Source of the DNA: Octopus sinensis
Lineage: Eukaryota
Length of the DNA stretch: 17,552 bases
Direction of reading: 5' to 3'
Assembly: GCF_006345805.1 (NCBI RefSeq)
Contig: NW_021824809.1
Location: forward strand, 1 to 17,552
The stretch's first letter is position 1; each line of letters starts with the position of its first letter. Shown one piece after another: positions 1-9,094 of the stretch. Made by a program: the position numbers and the translations under genes. Below the pieces are notes generated by a model. The model did no database searches. It was not told where the DNA came from and saw only the letters and a program-made list of their open reading frames with translations.

Positions 1-2
1 AC

Positions 3-1830
3 GACATTTTGGTGGACGAAACTGTAGTGCCAGCCGACGAGGTAGTGAGACATCTGGAGAAGTTCGGACTGGTTGCTAAGCCACCGGAGTCGATTGAAGG
101 GGGAGCCGCGCTGGGGCTGAAGCTGCGAAGAGATAGATCAGGTGAATTGGTGTTCTGGAGAGGAAATGAAATCCCAGAGCTGAGTTCCAGCGTCAGCAGG
201 AGAGAGCTGTTCTCGGTGTGTGGGAAGTTGGTCGGTCACTACCCGATCGCTGGATGGCTGCGCACGGCGTGTAGTTACACCAAGAGACGAGCAGAAGGAG
301 AGAGGTGGGGCGACAAGGTGGGAGAAGGGACGGTGGCGATGATGCAGGAGATCCTAGAGAGGACAAGAGCGGAAGACCCGGTCAGGGGAACTGGTACGTG
401 CCCAAGACGAAATGCGGGACCGTCTGGTGTGATGCTAGCAGTGTATAGCGATAGGGGTGGTGTTGGCAATCGAAGGCACTGCGGTGGAGGACGCGGCCTG
501 GCTTCGGAAAGCAGACGATTTCAACCACATCAATGTCGCCGAATTAGACGCGCTGCTGAAAGGGGTGAACTTGGCCTTGAAATGGGGGCTGCGCACGATT
601 GAAATGCGGACGGATTCGGCCACTGTGCTTGGCTGGGTAGGATCGGTGATCACCGGTGACAGGAGAGTGCGGACGAAAGGTGCTGCGGAGATGTTAGTGA
701 AGCGCCGTCTAGGAGTTCTAGGTGAATTGATCGCCGAATTCGGACTGAAGCTGAACGTGGTCTTCGTGCCTTCGGAGAAAAACAAGGCGGACGTACTGAC
801 CAGGATGAAAAGGGCGTGGTTGGAAGAACCGGAGGAGGCCCGGAAAGGGATAGCTGCGGCGTGTCGGTTGGATGACTCTGAACTGAAGAAACTGCACGCT
901 ATGCATCACCTGGGTGTGGACAGGACCCTGTATCTGGCGAAGAAAATTGATGCTGACGTCACTAGGAGAAGCGTCCGGAAGGTGGTCGGGAGCTGCGACA
1001 GGTGTCAGTCCATCGACCCTGCTCCGTGTGGGCATGAACAGGGAAGCCTTTCCGTGGAGCAGAACTGGAAAAGGCTAGCTGTGGATGTGACACACTACCG
1101 TCAGCGAATGTACCTCTCCATGGTCGACTGTGGGCCGGGCCGGCTGGCCATTTGGAGGGAGTTGAGATCGGGCATTGCTGACGAGATCGTGCAGATCCTG
1201 AACGGGATATTTTTAGAGAGAGGTCCCGTGGAAGAACTACTGATGGACAACGGGGCGGCGTTTCGTTCGGAAGCATTGAGGGTTATGCTTGATCGGTGGA
1301 ACGTGCGACGCTTGTTCAGAGCAGCGTATAGGCCGGGCGGTAACGGGATCGTGGAGAGGTACCATCGGACAGTCAAGGCCATAGCGGAAAGAGGGCATAT
1401 TTCGCCGCTTGAAGCAGTTTTTTGGTACAACTTGTCTCCCCGATCCGGACAGGCTGAGGAATCTGTGCCGCAGAGAGCTGTGTTCAAATATGAATGGAGG
1501 CACCCGAGCAAAGCGCCAGAGGGTCACGAGGAAGAGAAGGGACCCGTTCGCGTGAAAATAGGGGAGGAAGTCTGGGTCAAGCCACCAAAGGCGCGCTGTA
1601 CGTCTCAATGGAGCAGAGGAACGGTGACGGCGATCAATTCCAGAAGCAACGTATCCGTAGATGGCACACCACGACATGTCTTGGACCTTCGCAGGATTGT
1701 TGCTTCGACGGACGATGATTCGGGAGAGGGGGAGAGTGAGGAGCCCAGCTTGAGAAGATCTCGACGAGCAAGGCGTTCTCCCGGTTGGATGGTAGACTAC
1801 AACATGGAGCGGAGAGATTGTGATCTTTAA
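3..1830 (+). pseudogene. pol: pol polyprotein (RT C-terminal half, RNase H, integrase), interrupted by two frameshifts
   Basis: The window opens inside the YxDD motif ([D]DILVDE, frame 3). There is a shift near 389 to frame 2 (NWYVPKTKCGTVWCDASS) and near 443-445 to frame 1 (IAIGVVL). RNase H motifs: CDAS, HINVAELDA, TDS, NKADVLTR. Integrase: HHCC zinc motif (HAMHH...CDRC), DDE core (AVDVT, MDNGAAF, GIVERYHRT) and an SH3-like C-terminus ending LRRSRRARRSPGWMVDY. Stop at 1828-1830. Confidence 0.9.
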
Positions 1831-1843
1831 GATCAGGGTGGCG

Positions 1844-2262
1844 TGTGGGATGACGTCAGCAGCAGGACGTCAGCCAGCGGGGTGCGGCAAGCGGAAGGGG
1901 TTAGCCGTCAAGCGCGCGCAGGGGGCGGAAGTTGACCTTTCCAACGTGGGTTGTGCTGGTGACAAGACGTGCGATGAAGTCGCTAAAGGGTTTGGGGCTA
2001 GCAGCTGCTATCGTTAGTGTTCGGGTAGGGGCTGTGAGGAAGGACCAGCCATCTCGGGAGGATCTCCGTCACCACGAAGAGAAGGTAGGTGCCTCTATAT
2101 TCAAATCGCACACACTCACTACACTCCCTCATAACCCGCCAATTTAGCCAGTCTTCTAAGCTCATTGGCAAACACGTCCACCTGTTGCCCAGTCCATCTC
2201 ATTCTCCCCAAGCCCCACTTCCGCTCTCCCCCATCCGTCACACTCCTTCACCACACACCACA
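1844..2262 (+). repeat. Putative 3' LTR (419 bp)
   Basis: It starts TGTGG directly after the PPT-like tract and ends CCACA (5-bp inverted termini), where SINE sequence resumes. A TATA-like TATATT lies at about 2096-2101. The 5' LTR is not in the window, so the boundary is not confirmed by a second copy. Confidence 0.65.
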
Positions 2263-2497
2263 GTGTGTTTATGGTTTATGAGCAAAACACATAAGCACCA
2301 CGTGGCTCCGGCAGAAGGTAATGAAATAGTTAACTTTCGCTGATTCTTTCGCCACAACTTCCTCTCACACTTTCCTCCTGCATCTAGCAGCTCACATGCG
2401 AGAGACCGGTATCCTGTCCAGGTAGGGAACCTATACGCCAATGAAAGAGGGAAACCGACCCTCATGAGCCAGGCATGACTCGAGAAGGAACAAAAAA
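2263..2497 (+). mobile_element. SINE body lacking its tRNA-derived head (octopus SINE family 'C' in this report)
   Basis: The sequence GTTTATGAGCAAAACAC...GGCTCCGGCAGAAGGTAATG...CCTGTCCAGGTAGGGAACCTATACGCC...GAGCCAGGCATGACTCGAGAAGGAACAAAAA matches my memory of an abundant octopus SINE, and it has an A-rich tail. Not database-verified. Confidence 0.6.
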
Positions 2498-3302
2498 TAG
2501 TGTTTAAGCAGAATATCGAACATCTAATGAAGAATTTATTTTGCTTTACTATAAAAAAAAATCTCTTAAAAAGATCTTCAAACAGTTTAATAGCAACAGA
2601 CAATATTTTTCATATTCATTTAAATACTTACCATGTTTATAAGTATATTTTCTTGACACACGAATGATTATAACTTGAGGAAGCAGTATTTCGTTTCCAT
2701 CATCTTTATTATTTAACGTCACATTCTTTACTTTCTCACTATTTATAATAAAATATATTATTGAATGTATTGCGAGTGAGGTATATGTTTCTGGTTGGAA
2801 CCCCCAGGTTTTCTCTCCTGAAATGGCCTGGTTAACAGTTCATCCGGGTACAGGAATGCTACCGGAAACCTTGTCACTATGTTATGCTACCAACCAGCAT
2901 GTTAGATTGGGTGCTTAAGAACTCAAAGGTGCATAAAACAACCTCACAAACATCAAAAACAAGCTGAAGATGTCTGTTACTTCACCCTAGTCTCCAGATG
3001 TCTGGGTATGCCCCCTGGCGCACACATTCCAGTAGCTTCTAATCACCGAGAAAGGTTGAAAGAGACTGAAGAGTTTTCAAACCAAATCTCACGAAAAAAA
3101 AAAAAAAAAAACGTCAACGATATTGTGACGTCATAAACACAATATGGAAACAATTATATTACTTTGGATTAGAAAGTAGATGCTTCAATCTCATTCTCTG
3201 TCTGTCTTTCTGTCGCGCGCGCGCGCACACACTCACAAACACACACGCAAATGCACACACACACACATACACACAATTATTCAAATTTATTCAATACACA
3301 CA

Positions 3303-3843
3303 TATGACATGTGTATGCGTTTGTGAGTATGTATGTATGTATATGTATGTATGTATGTATGTGTGTATGTATGTATGTATGTATGTATGTTTGTATGTAT
3401 GTATGTATGTATGTACGTATGCATGCATGTATTCATGTGTATGTATGTATGTGTGTATGTATGTATGTATGTATGCATGTATGTATGTACGTATGCATGC
3501 ATGTATGGGTATGTATGTATGTATGTATGTGTGTGTATGCATGTATGTATGTATGTATGTATGTATGTATGTATGTATGTATGTATGTATGTATGTATGT
3601 ATGTATGTATGTATGTATGTATGTATGTATGTACGTATGCATGCATGTATGGGTATGTATGTATGTATGTATGTGTGTGTATGCATGTATGTATGTATGT
3701 ATGTATGTATGTATGTACGTATGCATGCATGTATGGGTATGTATGTATGTATGTGTGTATGTATGTATGTATGTATGTATGTATGTATGTATGTATGCAT
3801 GTATGTATGTATGTATGTATGGGTGTGTATGCATGTATGTATG
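3303..3843. repeat. Compound (TATG)n microsatellite with recurrent variant blocks
   Basis: Direct inspection. The variant block TACGTATGCATGCATGTATGGG recurs within the tract. Confidence 0.95.
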
Positions 3844-4076
3844 TATTGCTTTACTACCCACAAGGGGCTAAACACAGAGGGGACAAACAAGGACAGACAA
3901 AGGGATTAAGCCGATTACATCGATCCCAGTGTGTAACTGGTACTTAATTTATCGACCCCGAAAGGATGAAAGGCAAAGTGGACCTCGGCGGAATTTGAAC
4001 TCAGAACGTAACGGCAGACGAAATATCGTTAAGCATTTCGCCCGGCGTGCTAACGTTTCTGCCAGCTCGCCGCCTT
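3844..4076 (-). mobile_element. tRNA-derived SINE (family 'A'), full length, inserted in a microsatellite
   Basis: The minus strand starts AAGGCGGCGAGCTGGCAGAAACGTTAGC (A-box-like TGGCAGAAACG) and carries a B-box-like GAGTTCAAATTCC. Homologous copies occur at 6496-7096 and 9195-9420. Confidence 0.9.
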
Positions 4077-4271
4077 GTATGTATGGGTGTGTATGCATGT
4101 ATGTATGGGTGTGTATGCATGTATGTATGTATGTATGTATGTACGTATGCATGCATGTATGTGTGTGTATGCATGTATGTATGTATGTGTGTGTATATAC
4201 ATGTATGTATGTATCTATGTGTGTATACATATATAAATATATAATACATGCATGCACACAAACATACATAC
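4077..4271. repeat. (TATG)n/(TG)n microsatellite continuation
   Basis: Direct inspection. Confidence 0.9.
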
Positions 4272-4591
4272 AGGAATAGACTTCGTAGTCATAAAGCGAG
4301 AGAGATGAGTGAGAACCTGGCCACTGGGGGTGGTGTAACACACCATACTAATCATATCTGTCGGGCATGTGGAAGAGAGTGTAATTCGGCAGGTGGACTT
4401 AAACGACATGCAAAGGTACATGAAGCCCAGTTACAACTACAGCCGGCTATTACCGGTAAAGGTTTTAGCTGCCAATTCTGTACAAGACATTGTAGATCTT
4501 TAGCTGGGCTAAAAAGTCACATTCGATCACAGCACCAATAACAGTTAAGCTTCGTGCAATGGCCATACTCGATAACGAGGGGGCAGCCATA
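4272..4591 (+). mobile_element. 3' end of a non-LTR retrotransposon (probably RTE clade) with two C2H2 fingers; longest copy
   Basis: It encodes NRLRSHKAREMSENL...CRACGRECNSAGGLKRHAKVH (CX2CX12HX3H)...CQFCTRHCRSLAGLKSHIRSQH (CX2CX12HX4H) and a stop at 4539-4541, followed by a 50-bp 3' UTR. The CxxCGRxCxSxxGLxxHxRxH pattern resembles RTE ORF2 C-termini. The clade assignment is inference. Confidence 0.65.
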
Positions 4592-4817
4592 ATGAGCCAA
4601 TGAGGGAAACCTCTCTATATTAGGGTAGACCTGGCAGAAAAAGCAGCCAAACGTCCCTCCAAATCATACTCACTGACTTATGTGTGTATATATGCATGTA
4701 TGAACAAATGTGAGAAACATCTATATGTAAGACAGATCTGACAGAAATAGCAGCCAAAACTCCCTCAAATCGCCCCCTACTGTCTTCCGTATGTATGTAT
4801 GTATGCATGAGCCAATG

Positions 4818-5078
4818 TGGTGTAACACACCATACTAATCATATCTGTCGGGCATGTGGAAGAGAGTGTAATTCGGCAGGTGGACTTAAACGACATGCAA
4901 AGGTACATGAAGCCCAGTTACAACTACAGCCGGCTATTACCGGTAAAGGTTTTAGCTGCCAATTCTGTACAAGACATTGTAGATCTTTAGCTGGGCTAAA
5001 AAGTCACATTCGATCACAGCACCAATAACAGTTAAGCTTCGTGCAATGGCCATACTCGATAACGAGGGGGCAGCCATA
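4818..5078 (+). mobile_element. 5'-truncated copy of the same LINE 3' end, flanked by an 11-bp TSD
   Basis: Identical to 4331-4591. ATGAGCCAATG lies on both sides (4807-4817, 5079-5089). Confidence 0.8.
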
Positions 5079-5304
5079 ATGAGCCAATGAGGGAAACCTC
5101 TCTATATTAGGGTAGACCTGGCAGAAAAAGCAGCCAAACGTCCCTCCAAATCATACTCACTGACTTATGTGTGTATATATGCATGTATGAACAAATGTGA
5201 GAAACATCTATATGTAAGACAGATCTGACAGAAATAGCAGCCAAAACTCCCTCAAATCGCCCCCTACTGTCTTCCGTATGTATGTATGTATGCATGAGCC
5301 AATG

Positions 5305-5565
5305 TGGTGTAACACACCATACTAATCATATCTGTCGGGCATGTGGAAGAGAGTGTAATTCGGCAGGTGGACTTAAACGACATGCAAAGGTACATGAAGC
5401 CCAGTTACAACTACAGCCGGCTATTACCGGTAAAGGTTTTAGCTGCCAATTCTGTACAAGACATTGTAGATCTTTAGCTGGGCTAAAAAGTCACATTCGA
5501 TCACAGCACCAATAACAGTTAAGCTTCGTGCAATGGCCATACTCGATAACGAGGGGGCAGCCATA
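5305..5565 (+). mobile_element. 5'-truncated copy of the same LINE 3' end, flanked by an 11-bp TSD
   Basis: Identical to copy 2. ATGAGCCAATG lies at 5294-5304 and 5566-5576. Confidence 0.8.
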
Positions 5566-5788
5566 ATGAGCCAATGAGGGAAACCTCTCTATATTAGGGT
5601 AGACCTGCAGCAAAAAAGCAGCCAAACGTCCCTCCAAATCATACTGACTTATGTGTGTATATATGCATGTATGAACAAATGTGAGAAACATCTATATGTA
5701 AGACAGATCTGACAGAAATAGCAGCCAAAACTCCCTCAAATCGCCCCCTACTGTCTTCCGTATGTATGTATGTATGCATGAGCCAATG

Positions 5789-6049
5789 TGGTGTAACACA
5801 CCATACTAATCATATCTGTCGGGCATGTGGAAGAGAGTGTAATTCGGCAGGAGGACTTAAACGACATGCAAAGGTACATGAAGCCCAGTTACAACTACAG
5901 CCGGCTATTACCGGTAAAGGTTTTAGCTGCCAATTCTGTACAAGACATTGTAGATCTTTAGCTGGGCTAAAAAGTCACATTCGATCACAGCACCAATAAC
6001 AGTTAAGCTTCGTGCAATGGCCATACTCGATAACGAGGGAGCAGCCATA
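5789..6049 (+). mobile_element. Last LINE 3'-end copy, with a different 3' flank
   Basis: It has two substitutions relative to copies 1-3. It is followed by ATGTATATATG rather than the full 11-mer. Confidence 0.8.
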
Positions 6050-6052
6050 ATG

Positions 6053-6086
<34 letters not shown>

Positions 6087-6171
6087 TGTATGTTTGTGTG
6101 TGTGTGTGTGCGTATATGAGTATGTCTATAGCATAATAATATATGCATACATATGCATATGTATTATATAT

Positions 6172-6202
<31 letters not shown>

Positions 6203-6290
6203 TACATACATACATACGTACGTACGTACGTACGTAAGTACGTACATAGAACATACCTAAACACACACACACACACATTTGTATACGTGC
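6050..6290. repeat. Mixed microsatellites (TATG, TG, TA, CA, TACG)
   Basis: Direct inspection. Confidence 0.9.
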
Positions 6291-6495
6291 AATTATGTGA
6301 GGCGAGAATCCTGTTGTTAACCCAGAATCAGTGCAATCCGCTGCATGTTTTTGTCGCCGACAACTGAACTTGTGATTCTACCAGTTTAGTTGTCGGTGAG
6401 GGGGGTGATTTTCGACAACCGGCAAGACCATCCCCCACAGAGTCCCCTCCTCAAGAACTATGAACGGACCAATAGAATCATGGTAATCCAATAAT

Positions 6496-7096
6496 TATTT
6501 CTTTACTACCCACAAGGGGCTAAACACAGAGAGGACAAACAAGGACAGACAAACTGATTAAGTCGATTATAACGACCCCAGTGCGTAACTGGTACTTAGT
6601 TTATCGACCCCGAAAGAATGAAAGGCAAAGTCGACCCCGGCGGAATTTGAACTCAGAACGCAGCGGCGGATGAAATACCTATTTCTTTACTACACCCAAG
6701 GAGTTAAACACAGAGGGGACAAACAAGGATAGACAAACTGATTAAGTCGATTATATCGACCCCAGTGCGTAACTGGTACTTATTTAATTGACCCCGAAAG
6801 GATGAAAGGCAAAGTCGACCTCGGCGGAATTTGAACTCAGAACGTAGCGGCGGATGAAATACCTATTTCTTTACTACACCCAAGGAGTTAAACACAGAGG
6901 GGACAAACAAGGATAGACAAACGGATTAAGTCGATTATAACGACCCCAGTGCGTAACTGGTACTTAGTTTATCGACCCCGAAAGAATGAAAGGCAAAGTC
7001 GACCCCGGCGGAATTTGAACTCAGAACGCAGCGGCGGACGAAATACCGCAAGGCATTTTGGCCGGCGTGCTAACGTTCCTGCCAGCTCGCCGCCTT
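6496..7096 (-). mobile_element. Head-to-tail trimer of SINE family A with a single 16-bp TSD
   Basis: Units are 6496-6679 and 6680-6863 (184 bp each, headless) and 6864-7096 (with head). ATGGTAATCCAATAAT lies at 6480-6495 and 7097-7112. Confidence 0.92.
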
Positions 7097-7214
7097 ATGG
7101 TAATCCAATAATACTGGGGTACTACGCATATGGGGGTCGGCAAAATATTGCCAGTTGTGCGGTTTCAGATGCATGGCTTGAGTGGTAGGCAGAGGAAGAG
7201 TTGCTGTTCTCAAT

Positions 7215-7217
<3 letters not shown>

Positions 7218-7253
<36 letters not shown>

Positions 7254-7500
7254 TGTGTACAGTGCTCAGGTGCACTACAACTCATCTAAAGTGTATATAT
7301 AATCAGGTGTAGTTTCGACGGATTTCGGGAAGCATGAGGGCCTTAAAGGATGCAGTGTCATGGCAGTCAACAACTGATGCAGGCCGTTTATTCCACGCTT
7401 CAGCAACCCTGAGCGTGAAAAAATGTTTCCGAAAGTCATGGGAGCTGTGCTGTTTTCTGACTTTGTAGGCATGTGCACGTGTGTTATTGAACGAGAATGG
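7218..7500 (-). mobile_element. 5'-truncated CR1/L2-type LINE 3' end with an (ATT)n tail
   Basis: The minus strand reads TRAHAYKVRKQHSSHDFRKHFFTLRVAEAWNKRPASVVDCHDTASFKALMLPEIRRNYT* (stop at 7303-7305). This matches the CR1-group ORF2 C-terminal pattern TRGH..K....R..FF..RV...WN.LP..VV.....FK. A short 3' UTR and the (ATT)n tail (plus-strand AAT repeat, 7218-7253) follow. Confidence 0.85.
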
Positions 7501-7621
7501 TTAATTTGGAGAGCTTTTGCTGTTGTGTTCCTTCGTTTCATCCACTCATCTTTATCTTCTCATCTATTTTTGTTTTAAACAGCTGCTCGCTCATCATTAA
7601 ATTTGATCAAATAAACACACT

Positions 7622-7734
7622 ACACGTGTGTGTGTGTGTGTGTGTATGATTATTTTTCTGTGACTGCGTTTGTATCAGTGATTTTGTGTCTGAGAGCGTA
7701 TGTATTTAAGTCTGTGGATTGTGCGTGTATGTGT

Positions 7735-7766
<32 letters not shown>

Positions 7767-7839
7767 GTGTGTTGTGTGTGTGTGTGTATGTATGTGTGTG
7801 TGTATGTTTGTGTTTGTGTGTGTGTGTATGTTTGTGTGC

Positions 7840-7884
<45 letters not shown>
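7622..7884. repeat. (GT)n-rich compound microsatellite
   Basis: Direct inspection. Confidence 0.9.
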
Positions 7885-7885
<1 letters not shown>

Positions 7886-8321
7886 TAGCTTGCAGATTCA
7901 TCTTCATGGCAAGTGTTCCGTCAAATATTGCAAGACCTTCCCAGGTGGTAACACTTAGCAGTTGCGGTCGTGCTGTGTGTCATCGCTTCAGATTTGCAAC
8001 AAGGGAAATAGATACGCTCTCAAGAAAAGTGTAATGTCCCTTGATTATAATATATTCTATTTTATTCTCGGCTTAAGATTTATTATCAAAGATGTACCTA
8101 ATGTGAATATATCGCTTTCTAGGGCTACACTGAAAAGCAATGCTCGTGTTTTCCATATTCTGCGTTTATTGTATCATCTGTAGCATTAGCATTTCCTTAG
8201 GCTGCTGAAATTTTTAAAATTTCGTTTTATTTTATTTTTTAAGCGATTTGTTGAACCTTGCTTGGATTTTTTTTCTGAGTTGTTGCTTATTTTGTAATAA
8301 TTATTTTTCACTGGAGTATTT

Positions 8322-8322
<1 letters not shown>

Positions 8323-8355
<33 letters not shown>
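8323..8355. repeat. (CA)n microsatellite
   Basis: Direct inspection. Confidence 0.9.
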
Positions 8356-8360
<5 letters not shown>

Positions 8361-9020
8361 TTGGCAGAAGAAAAATGAAGGCGACAGCAAAATCTTACAT
8401 CCTTTCAGGTAAAAAAAAGAACTGGCTGTAACTGACAAGAAGTGCATCTAAAGGAGAGAGAGAGCGGGAAAGAGAGGTTCACACTGTTGGAGAACATCAT
8501 TATTAATAGCTGCTTCCATTACCTCAGAGATGTTAGAAGGGTTAACAATAGAACGGTAGTTGGCTGGGTAGAAGGAACTACCAGGGGAGACTATCTACCT
8601 TGAATTAATAAACAACAGTTATTTCCCTTGGAAAAAAATTTCCAACTGGATTCTATTCTGGAATGAACATAGACTACAACATAAGATTACACGTACTGAT
8701 GTTAGATGTGGAGTTGTTGCAACGGAGTCATATCGACAGAGTATATTACTGGTACTTTTAATTTTTGTTCCAGGTTGGATCTGAATTCAGTATCTAAAGA
8801 GAAGTCACTTAATACAGCATGACACTTTATGCCCCGTGGGCCACCGTCATTTTCATTTCAAACATAGCTACAATAACAAAACTTTGAGATATGAATAGTA
8901 AATCGACCCGCGCGTAGTTCTTGAATATCCTAATTTTTTAGAACCTGGAAAGAACCATTAAAGGCGATATTTTCTTAAACAAAATTTGATATACTCTAAT
9001 AAAGCTAATTTATTTTTATA

Positions 9021-9080
9021 TAGTAGTTTGGATTCATGGCTCTCACCCAGGCGGTACGGGTTCGATTCCCGGCATGGGAA
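9021..9080 (+). pseudogene. tRNA-Glu(CTC) pseudogene lacking the 5' acceptor strand
   Basis: The anticodon arm is CATGG-CTCTCAC-CCAGG (anticodon CTC at 9042-9044, one stem mismatch). It has a T-loop GGTTCGATTCC and a 3' acceptor CATGGGAA, followed by a T9 Pol III terminator-like run. The expected 5' TCCCATG is absent. Confidence 0.85.
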
Positions 9081-9094
9081 CACTTTTTTTTATT

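Larger units (their letters stand above)
1..2262 (+). mobile_element. LTR retrotransposon, 3' portion (Ty3/Gypsy-like RT-RH-INT order); the 5' part lies outside the window
   Basis: The pol domains run RT, RNase H, integrase. They are followed by a short purine-rich tract (AGGGTGGCG, 1835-1843) and a segment bounded by the inverted termini TGTGG (1844) and CCACA (2262). Confidence 0.9.
4272..6049 (+). repeat. Tandem array: four LINE 3'-end fragments alternating with three spacers of about 204 bp (period 487, 487, 484 bp)
   Basis: The 261-bp cores start at 4331, 4818, 5305 and 5789. Cores 1-3 are identical and core 4 differs at 5852 and 6040. An 11-bp ATGAGCCAATG lies at 4592, 4807, 5079, 5294, 5566 and 5778. 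Confidence 0.97.

Noticed and set aside
275-1677. Minus-strand ORFs overlapping pol
   Set aside because: They are antisense shadows of the pol reading frame.
1851-1858. Palindromic CRE site TGACGTCA in the LTR
   Set aside because: It is a short motif, common in LTR U3 regions, with no functional evidence from sequence alone.
3094-3111. A18 tract as the tail of a retrocopy
   Set aside because: I found no upstream recognisable element, polyadenylation signal or TSD.
3287-4341. ORFs of MYVC/HTYI repeats
   Set aside because: They are (TATG)n microsatellite read-through plus SINE sequence.
4248-4541. Host C2H2 zinc-finger gene
   Set aside because: There are no TGEKP-type linkers. The ORF start lies in a microsatellite, the 3' UTR is very short, and sister copies have TSDs, all of which fit a LINE 3' end better.
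7896-7944. Possible 49-nt host exon (TTGCAG|...CCAG|GTGGTA)
   Set aside because: There is no polypyrimidine tract, the donor is weak, and I recognise no protein; it cannot be supported without transcripts.
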